Positions 39,001 through 50,239 of a stretch of DNA of 64,000 bases are shown in pieces (position 1 is the stretch's first letter; the number at the start of each line of letters is the position of its first letter). The stretch comes from Lingula anatina (taxonomy: Eukaryota > Animalia > Brachiopoda). Both the position numbers and the translations under genes were made by a program. The notes below the pieces were generated by a model. The model was not told where the DNA came from and ran no database searches. It was given only the letters and a program-made list of their open reading frames with translations. Location: NCBI GenBank assembly GCA_051362555.1, contig CM120644.1:23024534-23088533 (forward strand). The letters are read 5' to 3'.

Positions 39001-39537
39001 CTCAAAATGCTTCATCAGTTTTGTCCCTGTAAGTAACAAATTAAAATAATTATGGTACCATTATTCTGATGATTATATAAAAAATCCTTTTTTTATTTTT
39101 TCTTTAAAAAAAAGCTATAGCATTTGGTATTAAAACTTTGATCCTTGTAAAAACTATTATTTTGATTCTTAACTATTTGTTGAATCCTTCATTTAACTAT
39201 CAAAATATTCTCATTTCAGATTGGCACTGATATAGAACACCATGTGGCAACGAACGATGACATTGGTGCTCCTCACTGTCTAGCTGTGGGTACTAACTCA
39301 CGTCATCCAGTGGAAGCCTTTGTTGTCATAGAGCAAAGAGCCATACGGTGTGACACCCTCCTACAAGCAGTAGATCTCTGTTTCAAGACTTTCTACATCT
39401 TGGACCTTGACTACCCTTTACCATGTTTCACAGTGTGGGAGTTTTTCCAGCATGTTGTGTACAAGATTTCTGATGAAGGTGAACCTTCTCCACTTATAAA
39501 GTCCCTGAGTGGATTTTTCTCCAATGACTTGGTGTAA
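33039..39537 (+). CDS. Transposon accessory protein with N-terminal SAM domain (SAMD3-like); 10 exons, 501 aa
   Basis: Exons 33039-33138, 33965-34080, 36866-37000, 37097-37242, 37402-37471, 37697-37820, 37996-38204, 38455-38614, 38901-39028 and 39220-39537 join in phase without stops. SAM-like FLAEAGIPEYKDSFQDQGIDETVLSII....IKELIPKLGDRVKF; C-terminal AVDLCFKTFYILDLDYP...VWEFFQ..VY. The exon-2 donor reads TTAAGT. Confidence 0.8.
34098..36581 (+). CDS. CMC/EnSpm-type DDE transposase, intronless, 827 aa
   Basis: Two N-terminal C2H2 fingers; LLLYYDDCETVNPLGSK, GDNLGLNSLLGF.ESF.ANYFCRMC, DIMHDMLEG, KPKHHFMLHYP...GPL...WAMRFEAKH. No stops or frameshifts. Confidence 0.9.
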   Translation: MGYMCYKCRRMINGKSKELVSHLRMIHAVANDACNNQLICFQDGCRRTFNHTWSFRRHLDKVHPMDDDDDDNNLPEVMHEIEDMDQENPNDVNIENVNVPIILERELGDNELKNLAMSFICQLKKKYLPLSTIHHIIGISSELIADLIMYLKRTTTNLLRDCDIDLENEQVVPVLSKFDRVSVPFSGLETDSRQKEMLHNSGKYVAPVSVPLGVKFIQKVDPQTGDVRHVQKLATSQYVPVRSTLELILKQPGVIERMVNYNPQNDGILRDIQDGDYFKGNRFLSNVDCLTIPLLLYYDDCETVNPLGSKRTIHKTGFFYFTVKNVDPMFSSSLTNCFLLATCKTDDLREYGFAAALAPAIRDLRELETTGIPLNTEAYTGIVKVTICQVTGDNLGLNSLLGFTESFRANYFCRMCKVHRNVTHRQIEDDVGMYRTQEMYEADLLLNDPAETGIKSRCILNDLSEFHVTSNFVADIMHDMLEGVCPLEVKLVLNVLIQDSILTLDQLNAQIKGFNYGFCDSHNKPTMITENALRNPDGASGQSATQMWCLMRNLPLMVGHLIPHDNEYWQLITALLSCMDIVFSPSCSVAVTYYLRELIKDHHTQFLALFPERNLKPKHHFMLHYPMIMRKLGPLINLWAMRFEAKHNVFKRLAQVSCNFKNIAKTMALRHQEQLACAFITNSVLATKDIEVGTGSAQLVESFDNPEIVSTAFDNMPLDEDLYIANWINVNGTVYRPAMMVLLGLSETDDCPCFAQILHVLVGQNQNVKLYLKKWITVGFDQHFHAYEVTEGGDECVITCDSLFDHHPLHVVTVDNTNYIVTRFRAF

Positions 39538-39954
39538 GAGGACATTACTGAGCTACATGTACATGTACCAGTGGCACGGCTGAATCAGTGAAAATGAGCA
39601 GTGATGACTTTGTTAACTGTGGACTTTTTTAATTGAGATTTTAAAAGGTTTTATAATATTTGTTCTTGTTCATACTTAGAAATTTGAGGTTAACTGTGTT
39701 TCCATTTGTTTTTGTTGTACAGGTAGTGCAACATATGTATGTGTATCGTAATCATTCCACTAGCATTAAAGGAAGTTGTTATATGTATCAGAGTTTTACA
39801 TGCATATATTTTTCCATGTGATTTTATGTATGAAATTATGGTAGTTGCATTACAGAATAAAGGTTGAATTGTATTTTGAAAAAAAATCTTGTCATTTTAC
39901 AGTTTAGAAGCTTGTAAATCAGTAGAATTAAGTAATTTGTAAAGGGAAATTAGT

Positions 39955-40323
39955 AGGGGTGGTTGACCCAATGGTAAGTTAAAATAACCTAATATTTGGG
40001 TTAAAACAACCCAAATTTGGGTCAAAATTATAACCCAAGTGCTGGGTTGATATTTTAACCCAACTTGCTGGGTTAAATTAACCCAAATTGGGTAGGTGCT
40101 ATTTTAACCCAGCACTGGGTTGAAAATGACCCAATATGATAGGGGTGGTTGACCCAATGGTAAATTAAAATGACCTAATATTTGGGTTAAAACAACCCAA
40201 ATTTGGGTCAAAATTATAACCCAAGTGCTGGGTTGATATTTTAACCCAACTTGCTGGGTTAAATTAACCCAAATTGGGTAGGTGCTATTTTAACCCAGCA
40301 CTGGGTTGAAAAATAACCCAATA
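39955..40323. repeat. Tandem duplication (~186 bp x2) of the CMC right subterminal region
   Basis: AGGGGTGGTTGACCCAATGGTAA... starts at ~39955 and ~40141; the two copies are nearly identical. Confidence 0.92.
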
Positions 40324-40691
40324 TGGGTCAAAATTAACCCAGTCAAGTTTAGAGTGTATAGTCTTAGTATAACATTTGATTTTAGTAAAGATTCAATCCA
40401 TACGTTTTGAGTCCTTGCGCTGGCCAGTGACTTCGGTGTGCTTACAGTTCACGTCTGGTCGTTAAATTGACAGTGCACATATTTCTATGTATGTTTATAT
40501 ACCCCGTCAGGATATTAGTAGCTGAGTGTGAGTCCACTGTATGCAATTAACTACAGACCGCCGACAAACTGAACCGAACTTTACACCCGTATACTTACGA
40601 GATACAGACGAAGTTTACCCAGATATGTATGTATGCTGAGTGGATCCAGTTTTAGTCCGTTGCACACAGACGATCGACCTCACTGCTTTAA

Positions 40692-40915
40692 GCTCCCTTT
40701 ACACTGGACGGCGGCCTTTCTGTGTCCCATAGTGCTGCCCCGTGTGAGAGTAAAAAAAAGAAATAAATAAACACTTCACGTGCCGACAACTGGCCGGTCA
40801 TTCAACATTCAATCTGCTCCCATTCTGCTTATGCCTCCTTTCCCCGACCACAGCGATGCCAGTTTCATGGTCGCACAAAGGACACAGAAAGGACGTCGGC
40901 CAGTGTAAAGGGGGC
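40692..40915. mobile_element. MITE flanked by TTAA
   Basis: TTAA|GCTCCCTTTACACTGG.CG.CG.CCTTTCTGTGTCC...GGACACAGAAAGGACGTCGGCCAGTGTAAAGGGGGC|TTAA. Confidence 0.8.
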
Positions 40916-41809
40916 TTAACACATTAAGTTGAATATATTTCTCCGATGGTGTGACACGAGTCGCAGCGCGTATCGCTGTTAACAAAACGGACTGTTTATG
41001 TTTACGTAGTAAATAGAATAGCTTATTGATTTCTTCATCAGATATGCAGTACTTTCATTTTCATATTACATAGTTAAGACTAACGCAGTAACAGCCTGAC
41101 AACTAATCCACTGGTAAACTAGAGAGTGTTTTAATGACAGTTAACCAATGGGTAAGTTACTCCTAGATACCGAGAATTCCATCTATTCCACTTTTACAGA
41201 AAATGATTGCACGTTGGCGATAGTCCTACGTCTTAACACTTAATATTAAATTATAATCCGCTCTTATTGATTTTTAGTATGACACAAATCACGATTAAAG
41301 CATGACATTGCAATTGTTATCAAAGCTGTAAGTTTAAAGACAGGATATATCTTCACCTTTCAATTAGTCTCTACATTATTACTAAGGTCCTACCTTGTGA
41401 TATTTTAATGCCTCTGTTTGACAGACGTTTTCTCTGATCTCACACATCTACGTATTACTACTGCACTGGTCTGCTTACCTTTTATATCAGCTGCCCCAAC
41501 TCTTTCATCATTTCCTTCTGTGTCATAAACATACGTATACTTTTTGGTCACCTAATTTTTGACCCCAGCCTCCACGTTTTTATTGCCACATCATCCCCTT
41601 AATGTATTAAACATTTTAGTTTTAGAATGGCATGGGATTGCCACACGTCATGATTTTTGGTGGAGGTAAATAACAAAAAAAAAAAAAAAAAAAAAAACTT
41701 TAATGTCAAAATTACACACACGCTTTCAGGATAAAAATTTTGCTTAAATCAATCCATGTAAACACTTAAGGCTCCAGAGTGTGAAATGAGCGGTTATCAC
41801 CAAATATCT

Positions 41810-41865
<56 letters not shown>

Positions 41866-42795
41866 GCTGCTGTGACAGTCAGATCTAGAGTTACATATAC
41901 TTGTATATGTGCGACAGAGGTCACGTCTTATCGGGTCAAAAACAGGGACGCGCTTTCGCTTAATCACCAGCATGGGCTGAGGTTGACCTGAAGCTGACGT
42001 CAACAGGCTTAACCCCGAAGCGGCACCTAAACTCAGTGCAAGTAAGTAAGTGCAACGTTACATTGCAAAACTTAAGCAAAGCTTTAGGAATATGGGCCAA
42101 TATGGATTAATTGCTATTTCTGTTAGAACTGAGTGGCTCCATCTCCATCCATTACACGCGCCGCGTACAGTACTGAGCGCCGCTCGTATAGGGTTTTGGT
42201 TGGAGGTGTGAAAAAAATAGGGACTGTTTACTACAGCGCACTCTGTACATAAAAGGCGCGACGCCAGATTACGGCACATATTGTGAGGCCTGCTTTGCGT
42301 CAGGTTTCTCCATGCAAAGGTTAAGGTTATGGGTTTATCTGTCAAATACAGTGATATTGCATGCCTCAGCGAAAAAGAATCAAAGAGGGCTAAAGGCAAG
42401 ATGTATGTGGGGGTGAGGGGATTAATCAAACAGAAATAAGTAAGTCTTCGAATTAGCAACAGAGGTCAGGTTGGAAGGGTTGGAGGTGTGACAGGAATAG
42501 GGACGGTTTACTACACTGTACTCTATACATAAAAGGCGTCACGCCAGAGTACGGCCTGCTTTGCGTCAGGTTTCTCCATTTAGATGTTTATGGTATGGTT
42601 TAGCTACCACATACATTGAAAGGATCTGTATAATATATTAAAAAAAAGAAGACAAGTTTTTTTTGTGTGTGTGTGTGGGGGGGGGGGGGGGAGCATGCAT
42701 GCAAACAAAAAATAAGTAAGCATCCGCGTGTGTTAAGCATACTAGTATATGTACTGTATCCATGTTATGTTTGAGTGTATGATTCTCTTAGCTAA

Positions 42796-43103
42796 GGGAC
42801 CATTCAGAATGAGAAGAGCCGAGGTCTGGCAAGGCTGTGACCTAAATATAACTGACCTACACGAAAGAAAGACCGCTTAATCCTGTAATTTTCTCTCCGC
42901 CTCTCATACGCCTCCCCACGCGTCGTCCCTGCAGGGGCATAGTAATTAAATCTCGGTTCAATTCAACCGGTGAAGGGATGACGCGTGGGGAGGCGTGCGA
43001 GAGGCGGAGAGACCATTACAGGATTAAGCGGTCTTCCTTTCATGTAGGTCCGCGATATTTAGGTCGCGGCCTAGCTAGACCTCTTCTCGATCTGAATGGT
43101 CCC
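42796..43103. mobile_element. Palindromic PIF/Harbinger-type MITE
   Basis: TAA|GGGACCATTCAGA...TCTGAATGGTCCC|TAA with arms of ~130 bp. The paralogous empty site at ~51952 has a single TAA. Confidence 0.88.
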
Positions 43104-43367
43104 TAAGTTTAGAAGACCCCTTAGGCCCTGCTTCCAGTGCTTATGACTGCTTTAATTGTTTGCTCCCACCCCACGCCTATACATGTACGTGGTATATACA
43201 TGAATGTTCGATTTTATTTGAGTTTAAAGCATAAAACGAGTAACCTGCTTTCAACTCACCGGAGCTCTATCACGCGGAGAGTCTCAAGGAAGCCAGTCGC
43301 CTTTACGCCAAAAACCATGCATCTTTTTTATTTACACGTAAAAGTTCACATATACCGGATAACCCTA

Positions 43368-44752
43368 CACACACTGGACAAAAGAAGTGTCACCCCTACT
43401 GAGCCAATACTATGGGGGAGATAAATGACTGTGGAATGATATGCTCCTGGTATCATTTTATTAACATCAAATTTCACAAAAAATCACAAAATGAGAACAA
43501 AATATACATTCTACCAAAATATGCAGTTTCAAGTCCAAAATTAGTACTTAGTGGCTAGCCACGTGACCTAATAATAGGTGCCAGTCTACGAAGCAAGGTT
43601 TAATGTAATTGTCTGATGCGTTCAGGGCTTATGCTGGCCCAAGCATAAAACACTGAATATAACAGAGTTTCTCTGCTGGTTAGACGGGCATTTGTGAAAA
43701 GTTTTGACATATCATTCCACACATTTTCTATTATGTTTGCATCCGGACTCTGGGCAGGCCACATCACCCTGCGAATGTCCTGTTGGTCAAACCAATCATC
43801 AACTGCTCTGGGCCTGTGACAAGGAGCATTGTCATCCTGGTGAACAAATGAATAATTCCTGTCACCAAACATGTTAGTAGTAGATGGTAGCAAGCCTGAC
43901 TCCAAAACATCGATATATTTCTAGTGATTCATGTTTCCATTAACCACTATCAATTCGCCCAAGCCATGGATGCTGATGCAGTCCAACACCATGATGAATA
44001 TGCTGCTCCGGGTTCGAAAATTCAGTGCATGTGGTTCAAATGCTTTACCAGCAGTTTGCCAGCATTTTACCCGTCTGTCATCAGAGGTCAGACCAAACGA
44101 CACTCATCAGAAAAAAATATATAGGACCAATTGTCATGAACTGTCCAGCTCCAGATCCTGTTGACCCTAGTTTACTCTACGTTGCCTGTTTTGTAACGAT
44201 ATAAGAGGTTTCAGTCTTGCTACCCTGCTGTACACTCTCAGAGCATGTAACCGACGCCTAGCAATTTTCACAGACACATTCTTATGTGTGAAATTGTTCC
44301 ACTGTGTTGTCAACTGACAAGCAGTGTCGAACTTTGACAAGCTGGACATCAAAATCAGTCGTCGGTCTTCACGGCCAGTATTTTTTCTTGGATGACCCAT
44401 CAGAGGCAATTTGTCTCTTGATCCAGTGTTTCTATACCGAGACCAGACCCTTTGCACGGTTCTGACTGAACCATTCAATTGTATCAATATTCTGACATTG
44501 CTTATATTCCGCCTCTTCAGGTTAATAACTTGCACCTATAACCGTTAGATAATTGCCTGTATCTTGCCATATTGGAGGAAGACAGGAATAACATTTGCTG
44601 TACATGTACAAGACCAACAATACAATTCCATGGTATAGCGGTTTTATACTCATTAGTCACATTATAAGTAGACCAGGCATTATAAGTACCCAAGATCTGC
44701 CTACTTTTATTACTCTGAGGTAGGGGGTGACACTTCTTTTGTCCAGTGTGTG
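43368..44752 (-). mobile_element. Tc1 (DD34E) transposon, full length, transposase broken (44570-43541)
   Basis: TA|CACACACTGGACAAAAGAAGTGTCACCCC TIRs at both ends. HTH region (SVRTVQRVWSRY); QDDNAPCH...WPAQSPDANIIENVW with 34 residues between D and E; C-terminal TKY*. Several frameshifts and stops. Confidence 0.93.
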
Positions 44753-44990
44753 TATAACGGAAATTGGCCAATAACCTATAGAGTTCTTTAGGACGTCCCA
44801 AAATGTCCTGCCGGATCGTATATGAAATTGCCCGAAATTTTACAAGATCCTATAGGTCTTGCGTTTCCTGATAGACGATCCGGGAATACAGTGTCTATAG
44901 GCTACATAGGGGATTTCCGTAAAGGAATCATGTTTATTCTTACAATATGCAAACTGTAATATGTTATTTTAGGCCACTACCAGCCGGAAA

Positions 44991-47900
44991 ATGGTTCTGA
45001 AGGCAATAAGATCGTTCTTTAGACGGCTTTACATCCTGTTGGTAGATCTCTACACCTTCCCAGAGCTGCGGCCAGTGTTTCTAGCTGGCATGAAGAACGG
45101 AATGTTGGGACTGATTTTTAAAGGTCCAATTTATAAAGATGTAAGCGACAGTTACGGTGGGAGTGCCCTGGTGATGTATATTCAAGGAGTGCCGCTGCCT
45201 CCCTTCCCTTCAATGCATGCTAACTTACTGGAACAGGATGGATTCAAGGCCCGCAGTGACGATATATGGGTAGTTAATTGGCCAAAATCAGGTGCGGGAA
45301 AGGGGTGGTTATTGTTGTCGTAAATATTTTGACTTCTTAAAATGTCGCACATCACACTTAAAGCGCATTCAGAGCAAATGATCCGCAGAGTAAGTGATCT
45401 GCCGACTAAACAAGGTCAACCTCACTTGAAAAGCGACGCCCCCCCCTCTCGCCTCTGAACACGCCGTCGCTGCAGGGGTCTAGCAATTAATCCTTGCAGC
45501 CAAGTTTTAATCCGGTAAATGGCACTTGTGGAGGCAGGAAAACCATAAGCGGATCATCTGTTCTAATGCGCCATTAAAATAACAGAATTGGCACACTTAT
45601 CCTTCGCGTTATCCTTTCTATGTATGAACCTGCGGTTTATCAAAATTTTGACTTATTTTTACAGGCACACATTGGATGTGGGAAATAGTCAAGATGATAA
45701 CTTCTGGGCGGGCAGAATTAAATGACTCTTCTAAAGGAGGCGCCATGTTTCCGGAACTGTGCCCGCTCCACGTAATAGAAAAGATGGCGTCACCGCGTGT
45801 CCTGAATACGCATGTGCCTCTAAAACTTTTCCCAAAGGCGGCGCTGAATAGCAAGATAATCTACGTTGTTCGTAACCCAAAGGATGCATATGTGTCTTTA
45901 TATTATCACGCAACAGGTATGGAGCTGAAGTCGGCGAACTGCTCTTGGAACGGGATGTATGAACTGCTGGTGAACGGCAAAGGTAAAATCTGAGAGACAA
46001 TATGTCCTCATCTCCTGTTACTTCTGAGGTTGCCCTCTTCTCCGCTTCCATATTGACTTAATAGTGGTAACGAATGAATTGAACAAAACCAAAATGTTTT
46101 TTGCACTCTATATGATGTAGTGCTTTTCACGTCTACAGTGTTATACTCCCCCTCCCCCCCCCCCCCCAAACACACACAATAAGAACCCTATATCCGCGTT
46201 TAAATTTTACTTCACTGAACCAACTAACACTACAACTGCATTTGATCATTGGAATGCATCAACAGTTGGTTACTGCATTTTACCATGTAGCGATATAGAC
46301 CAAAGTTTTTGCAATAACCGTTGTGAGACCGGTCCCAGATCTTTGAGCGCATTCTCAACGAATTAAGCCAGGCTTTACAAAGCCGGTGACCTAAAAATGG
46401 CGGACGTACATGAAAGAAAAACCGCCTAATCTTTTAATAGTCTCTCCGCCTCTCACACGCCTCCCCACACGTCGTCCCTGCGGGGTACAGTAATTAAATC
46501 TCGGCTCCGAACATTAATATTTCCGTGAATATCTCTGGTGATATTATCTCCGTAGATAGTCGATTCATTGCTGCTCTACGGGCCAAATTATTCCTTTTTC
46601 GTCTCTGTTTTCAAAGATAATAGAACAGAAGAGCTTTTTTCCTTCGATCGCCTTCAGCCGCCATGCCTTCTTCACCACGAGTTTAACTGATGAGCATGCG
46701 CACTTAATATTTCTCAGGTAGCTTCCGCATGGCGAACGGAGCCGAGATTTAATTACTGTACCCCGCAGGGACGACGTGTGGGGAGGCGGAGAAACTATTA
46801 AAAGATTAGGCGGTTTTTCTTTCATGTACGTCCGCCATTTTTAGGTCACCGGCTTTGTAAAGCCTGGCTTAATTCGTTGAGAATGCGCTCTTTAACATGT
46901 TGGTGAGGTTTCTCTACTAGCGCCGTTACTTCGCTATAAATGACACGAGCGCCCTCTATCGATTGTTTCAGAAATGAGGTTTTTTAAACGCTTACGTTAT
47001 AATTAGCGCCCATGCACCTGTCGTTTCAGCTCAATATGGCGACTGGTTCGACCACGTGGAAGAGTGGTTGAAAGTTCTGGAGAATAATCCAAACGCCCTG
47101 ATTGTGACGTATGAGGACATGCAAATGGTAAGAAAACTGCAGGTTTCCTCAATGGCGGATGAAATGCTTGCTAGAGGAGAGGAAGGGGCGACGGGGGGAT
47201 CTTTACCAACGAAGGGACCAAAAGACAAACAAAGTACACAGCGACAGCGGGAAGTCCTTAGCCGGGAGGGGGGGGGGGGTCTTTTTCTGAAAAAGTGGAC
47301 CTTGCACCAAACAATCTTCATGTACCTAAATCATTTTATTCATTACTGAACATATCTTAATGCCTATCACCGTTTTGTTTTTTATTTCAGGACCTTAAGA
47401 AACAAGTGCGTCTAGTGGCCGAGTTTTTGGGACATGAAAAATCAGAGCAGTTCTACAGCGACGTGGCTAGACTTTGCTCCTTTCAGCATATGAAGAAAGA
47501 CAAGAAAGATGTAAGAAGTGTCTGGGCGGAGGATAGCGAAGGCATATTTAGGAAAGGTAATATCGGTGCAGAATGAGGATTCATCCTTTCTTTCAGAGGA
47601 GTAATATCAAAATAATTTATTTAATTTGCTATTGTGTATGAGCCTACGGTTTTTTCAGAAAGCTTCACTGGGATATTTCCGTGTGTGTCCCACTCCCAGT
47701 ATTGGAGCATCGAAGTGTGGTCAAAATAAAATTATAAGTCCATGGCACATATATTTACATACACACAATTGACAATAGAAATATCACCCCCTGAATAAGA
47801 GTGATCAAAGTAGGCAGATCTTGAGTAGTTATAATGCCTGGTCTACTTATAATGTCACTAATGAGTATAAAACCTCTGTACCGTGTTTTTTTTTTAAATT

Positions 47901-48390
47901 TGATGTTAATAAAATGATCCCAGGAGCATATCATTCTCCAGTCATCTACCGCCCCCAAAGTATTGGTTCAGTAGGGATGACACTTCTATTGTCCATTGTG
48001 TGTGCATTGTATTGTTTGGTTCTAGTTTATAAAATATGGCGACAAAAGTGTGCTGGAATGACTGTTTTGTGTACTTCACAGTTGTTCGTGCGGGTTACAA
48101 AAACATGACAAAATCACGACTTTGTATTTCATTTAAAGTACATGAAAATCCAACTGCAAGCAATAAGTGGTAAAGTGAAGCATAAATACATTCGTGATCG
48201 AGGCGATGAAGCCGATTTTTTATTCAGTTTAAAATGGACATCCATTTCATTTCACTTATTTATTTGTTTATTTTCAGGCACGGTGGGAGATTGGAAGAAT
48301 CATTTCACGGTGGCTCAGAACGAGGAGTTCAATCAGATATTCTGCAGGAGGATGAAGAACATCAATCTTGACTTGAAATTTGAGCTTTGA
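44991..48390 (+). CDS. SULT1-like sulfotransferase, paralogue B
   Basis: Exons 44991-45291, 45665-45982, 47030-47127, 47391-47556 and 48278-48390. Motifs NWPKSG|[36 protein letters not shown]. Confidence 0.93.
46345..46890. mobile_element. Young MITE with near-perfect ~165 bp TIRs and a 3-bp TSD (TTT)
   Basis: TTT|GAGCGCATTCTCAACGAATTAAGCCAGG...CCTGGCTTAATTCGTTGAGAATGCGCTC|TTT; absent from the paralogous intron of SULT C. Confidence 0.9.
47762..48004 (+). mobile_element. ~240 bp internal-deletion derivative (MITE) of the Tc1 family at 43368-44752
   Basis: Joins ~125 bp matching the reverse complement of 44752-44630 to ~105 bp matching the reverse complement of 43470-43368. Absent at the paralogous site ~55025. 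Confidence 0.85.
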
Positions 48391-50239
48391 AATGTCGCGT
48401 TTTTGGCTATCCAAAGCCGGTGTGACAGTAATCCAAGTCCCCAAGGACTTCGGTTCCTGGTAATGGTTGTCCCCAGGACTACCATTACTTGGGAAAAGTA
48501 TTCCTAGTGGGACTTAGGTTCCTGCCTTATAATTATAGTAGGTAGGACTTATATTACTGGCGGACTTTTATTCCTGTCACCTATGACGGTAATGTAAGTC
48601 TGGCCATTTGAAAGTCCTATCCTTATGCAATAACATGGTTAAATGATACAATTATTAATGTATATGAAAATTTTTCTGGTGGGCCATATATAAGACAAAC
48701 AATTGAATGTTTGCAATTTCAGCTCGTCTGTGTAGTGGTTAGCGTGCAAGATCATAAGGTATGTATTCATGAATCGTCTTGTTACATACTTGGGTTGGAG
48801 ACCTACCTTTGACCTGACCTTACCCCACCCCCACCTCAATTAACTTGTTCTAGCTAGCTGTATGTTGTTGTTTTTAATGAATAATATTCTCAATTATGTG
48901 ATTACACTTAAACTAGTTTTTAAAGCCTCAATGCGCCAAAATCCCAAAGGAATATAACAGAACATTATATATAATTTCAAATTCTAAACTGCATTGATTT
49001 GTCTTTAATCCTCTTTCCAAGAACAACTTTCCACTGAGTTTGAAGTTATTTTTCGATTTCTGCGAGTGTAAACCGAAAAATAAATTAGTCTAAGAACGGA
49101 GATCCCGTTTTCTTGTGTAGTTATTTTCCCCTCATTTGAAGGCCTACGAAGGTCAATGACATGTAAAAATTGCGTTTACTACAAGAAACATACACATAAT
49201 AAAATAAATGAAGAAAAACTATGGGAACCGTGTAGTTTGTGTTACTTCATTAATATGCATATAAACTGCCTATCGGAAAATAAAACATCAAAATAAAATG
49301 AACTTGTTCATTATATCTTTAAATCTAGTATATCTCTATATATTTTTATTCTTGTCATTCCTCTGTGTAAACTATATATATGCGTTAATTACTAAAATGT
49401 TAGGAACGCATGTCCATTTAGCACGTGCATTACTACACGTAGGACTTGATAATCTGGGAGCCTTCGTCCTAGTTAATCCTAGTAACGTATGTCCTAGGAC
49501 TGTCATTCCTAGCAAAGCATGCCCCAGGACTTGCATTTCCAGGACTTCGTGTCCGGGCGGACTTGCGCTACTAGGACGTGCACTCCTGCCACACCGGCAT
49601 GGATCGAGGTTGACCTGGAGCTGACGTCAGCAGGCTTCACCCCGAAGCGGCACCTGGAGTCAGTACAAATAATTAAGTGAGTGCAAAGTAACATTGTAAA
49701 ACTTGAGCAAAATTTTGGGAATATGGACCAGGATGGATAAATTGCTATCTCTGTAAGAACTGAGAGACAGCATCCATTACTGGTGCTGGGTACAGTACAA
49801 CGTGCAGCTCGTATGGGGGTAGTGTTGGAGGTGTGACAGAAAAAGGGACTGTTTACTACAGTGCACTCTGTACATAAAAAGCGTCACGCCAGACAACAGC
49901 ACATATTGTGAGGCCTGGTTCGTGTCAAGTTTCTCCATTTAAAAGTTAGGCTTAAAGGTTATGGATTTATCTGTCAAATACATTGATATAGCGAAAGAAG
50001 GCTAAAGACAAGATGTGTGTGTGTGGGGGTGGGGGGTGGGGGAATGGAGGAATTAACCAAACAAAAATAAGTTCGTTTTCCAATTTGGAACAGAGGTCAG
50101 GATGGGAGGGTTGGAGGCGTGGGTCTGTATAACATAATCCAGAATGGAGCTGAGGACAAGTTGTGTGTGGGGGTGGGGGACCATGCAGACAGAAATACCA
50201 GTAAGGATCAGTAAGTCTCCGCATATGATGAGCATACTA

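Larger units (their letters stand above)
32831..40356 (+). mobile_element. Complete CMC (EnSpm/CACTA-like) DNA transposon, 7526 bp
   Basis: TA|CACTCTAAATTTGACTGGGTTAATTTT...AAAATTAACCCAGTCAAGTTTAGAGTG|TA: CAC...GTG termini, 2-bp TSD, dense ACCCAA/TTGGGT subterminal motifs at both ends, two genes inside. Confidence 0.9.
41978..48430 (+). repeat. Tandem segmental duplication, unit 1 (unit 2 at ~49606-55450)
   Basis: Both units start GAGGTTGACCTG.AGCTGACGTCA.CAGGCTT.ACCCCGAAGCGGCACCT and stay collinear through upstream DNA, exons and introns, apart from copy-specific insertions. Confidence 0.9.
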
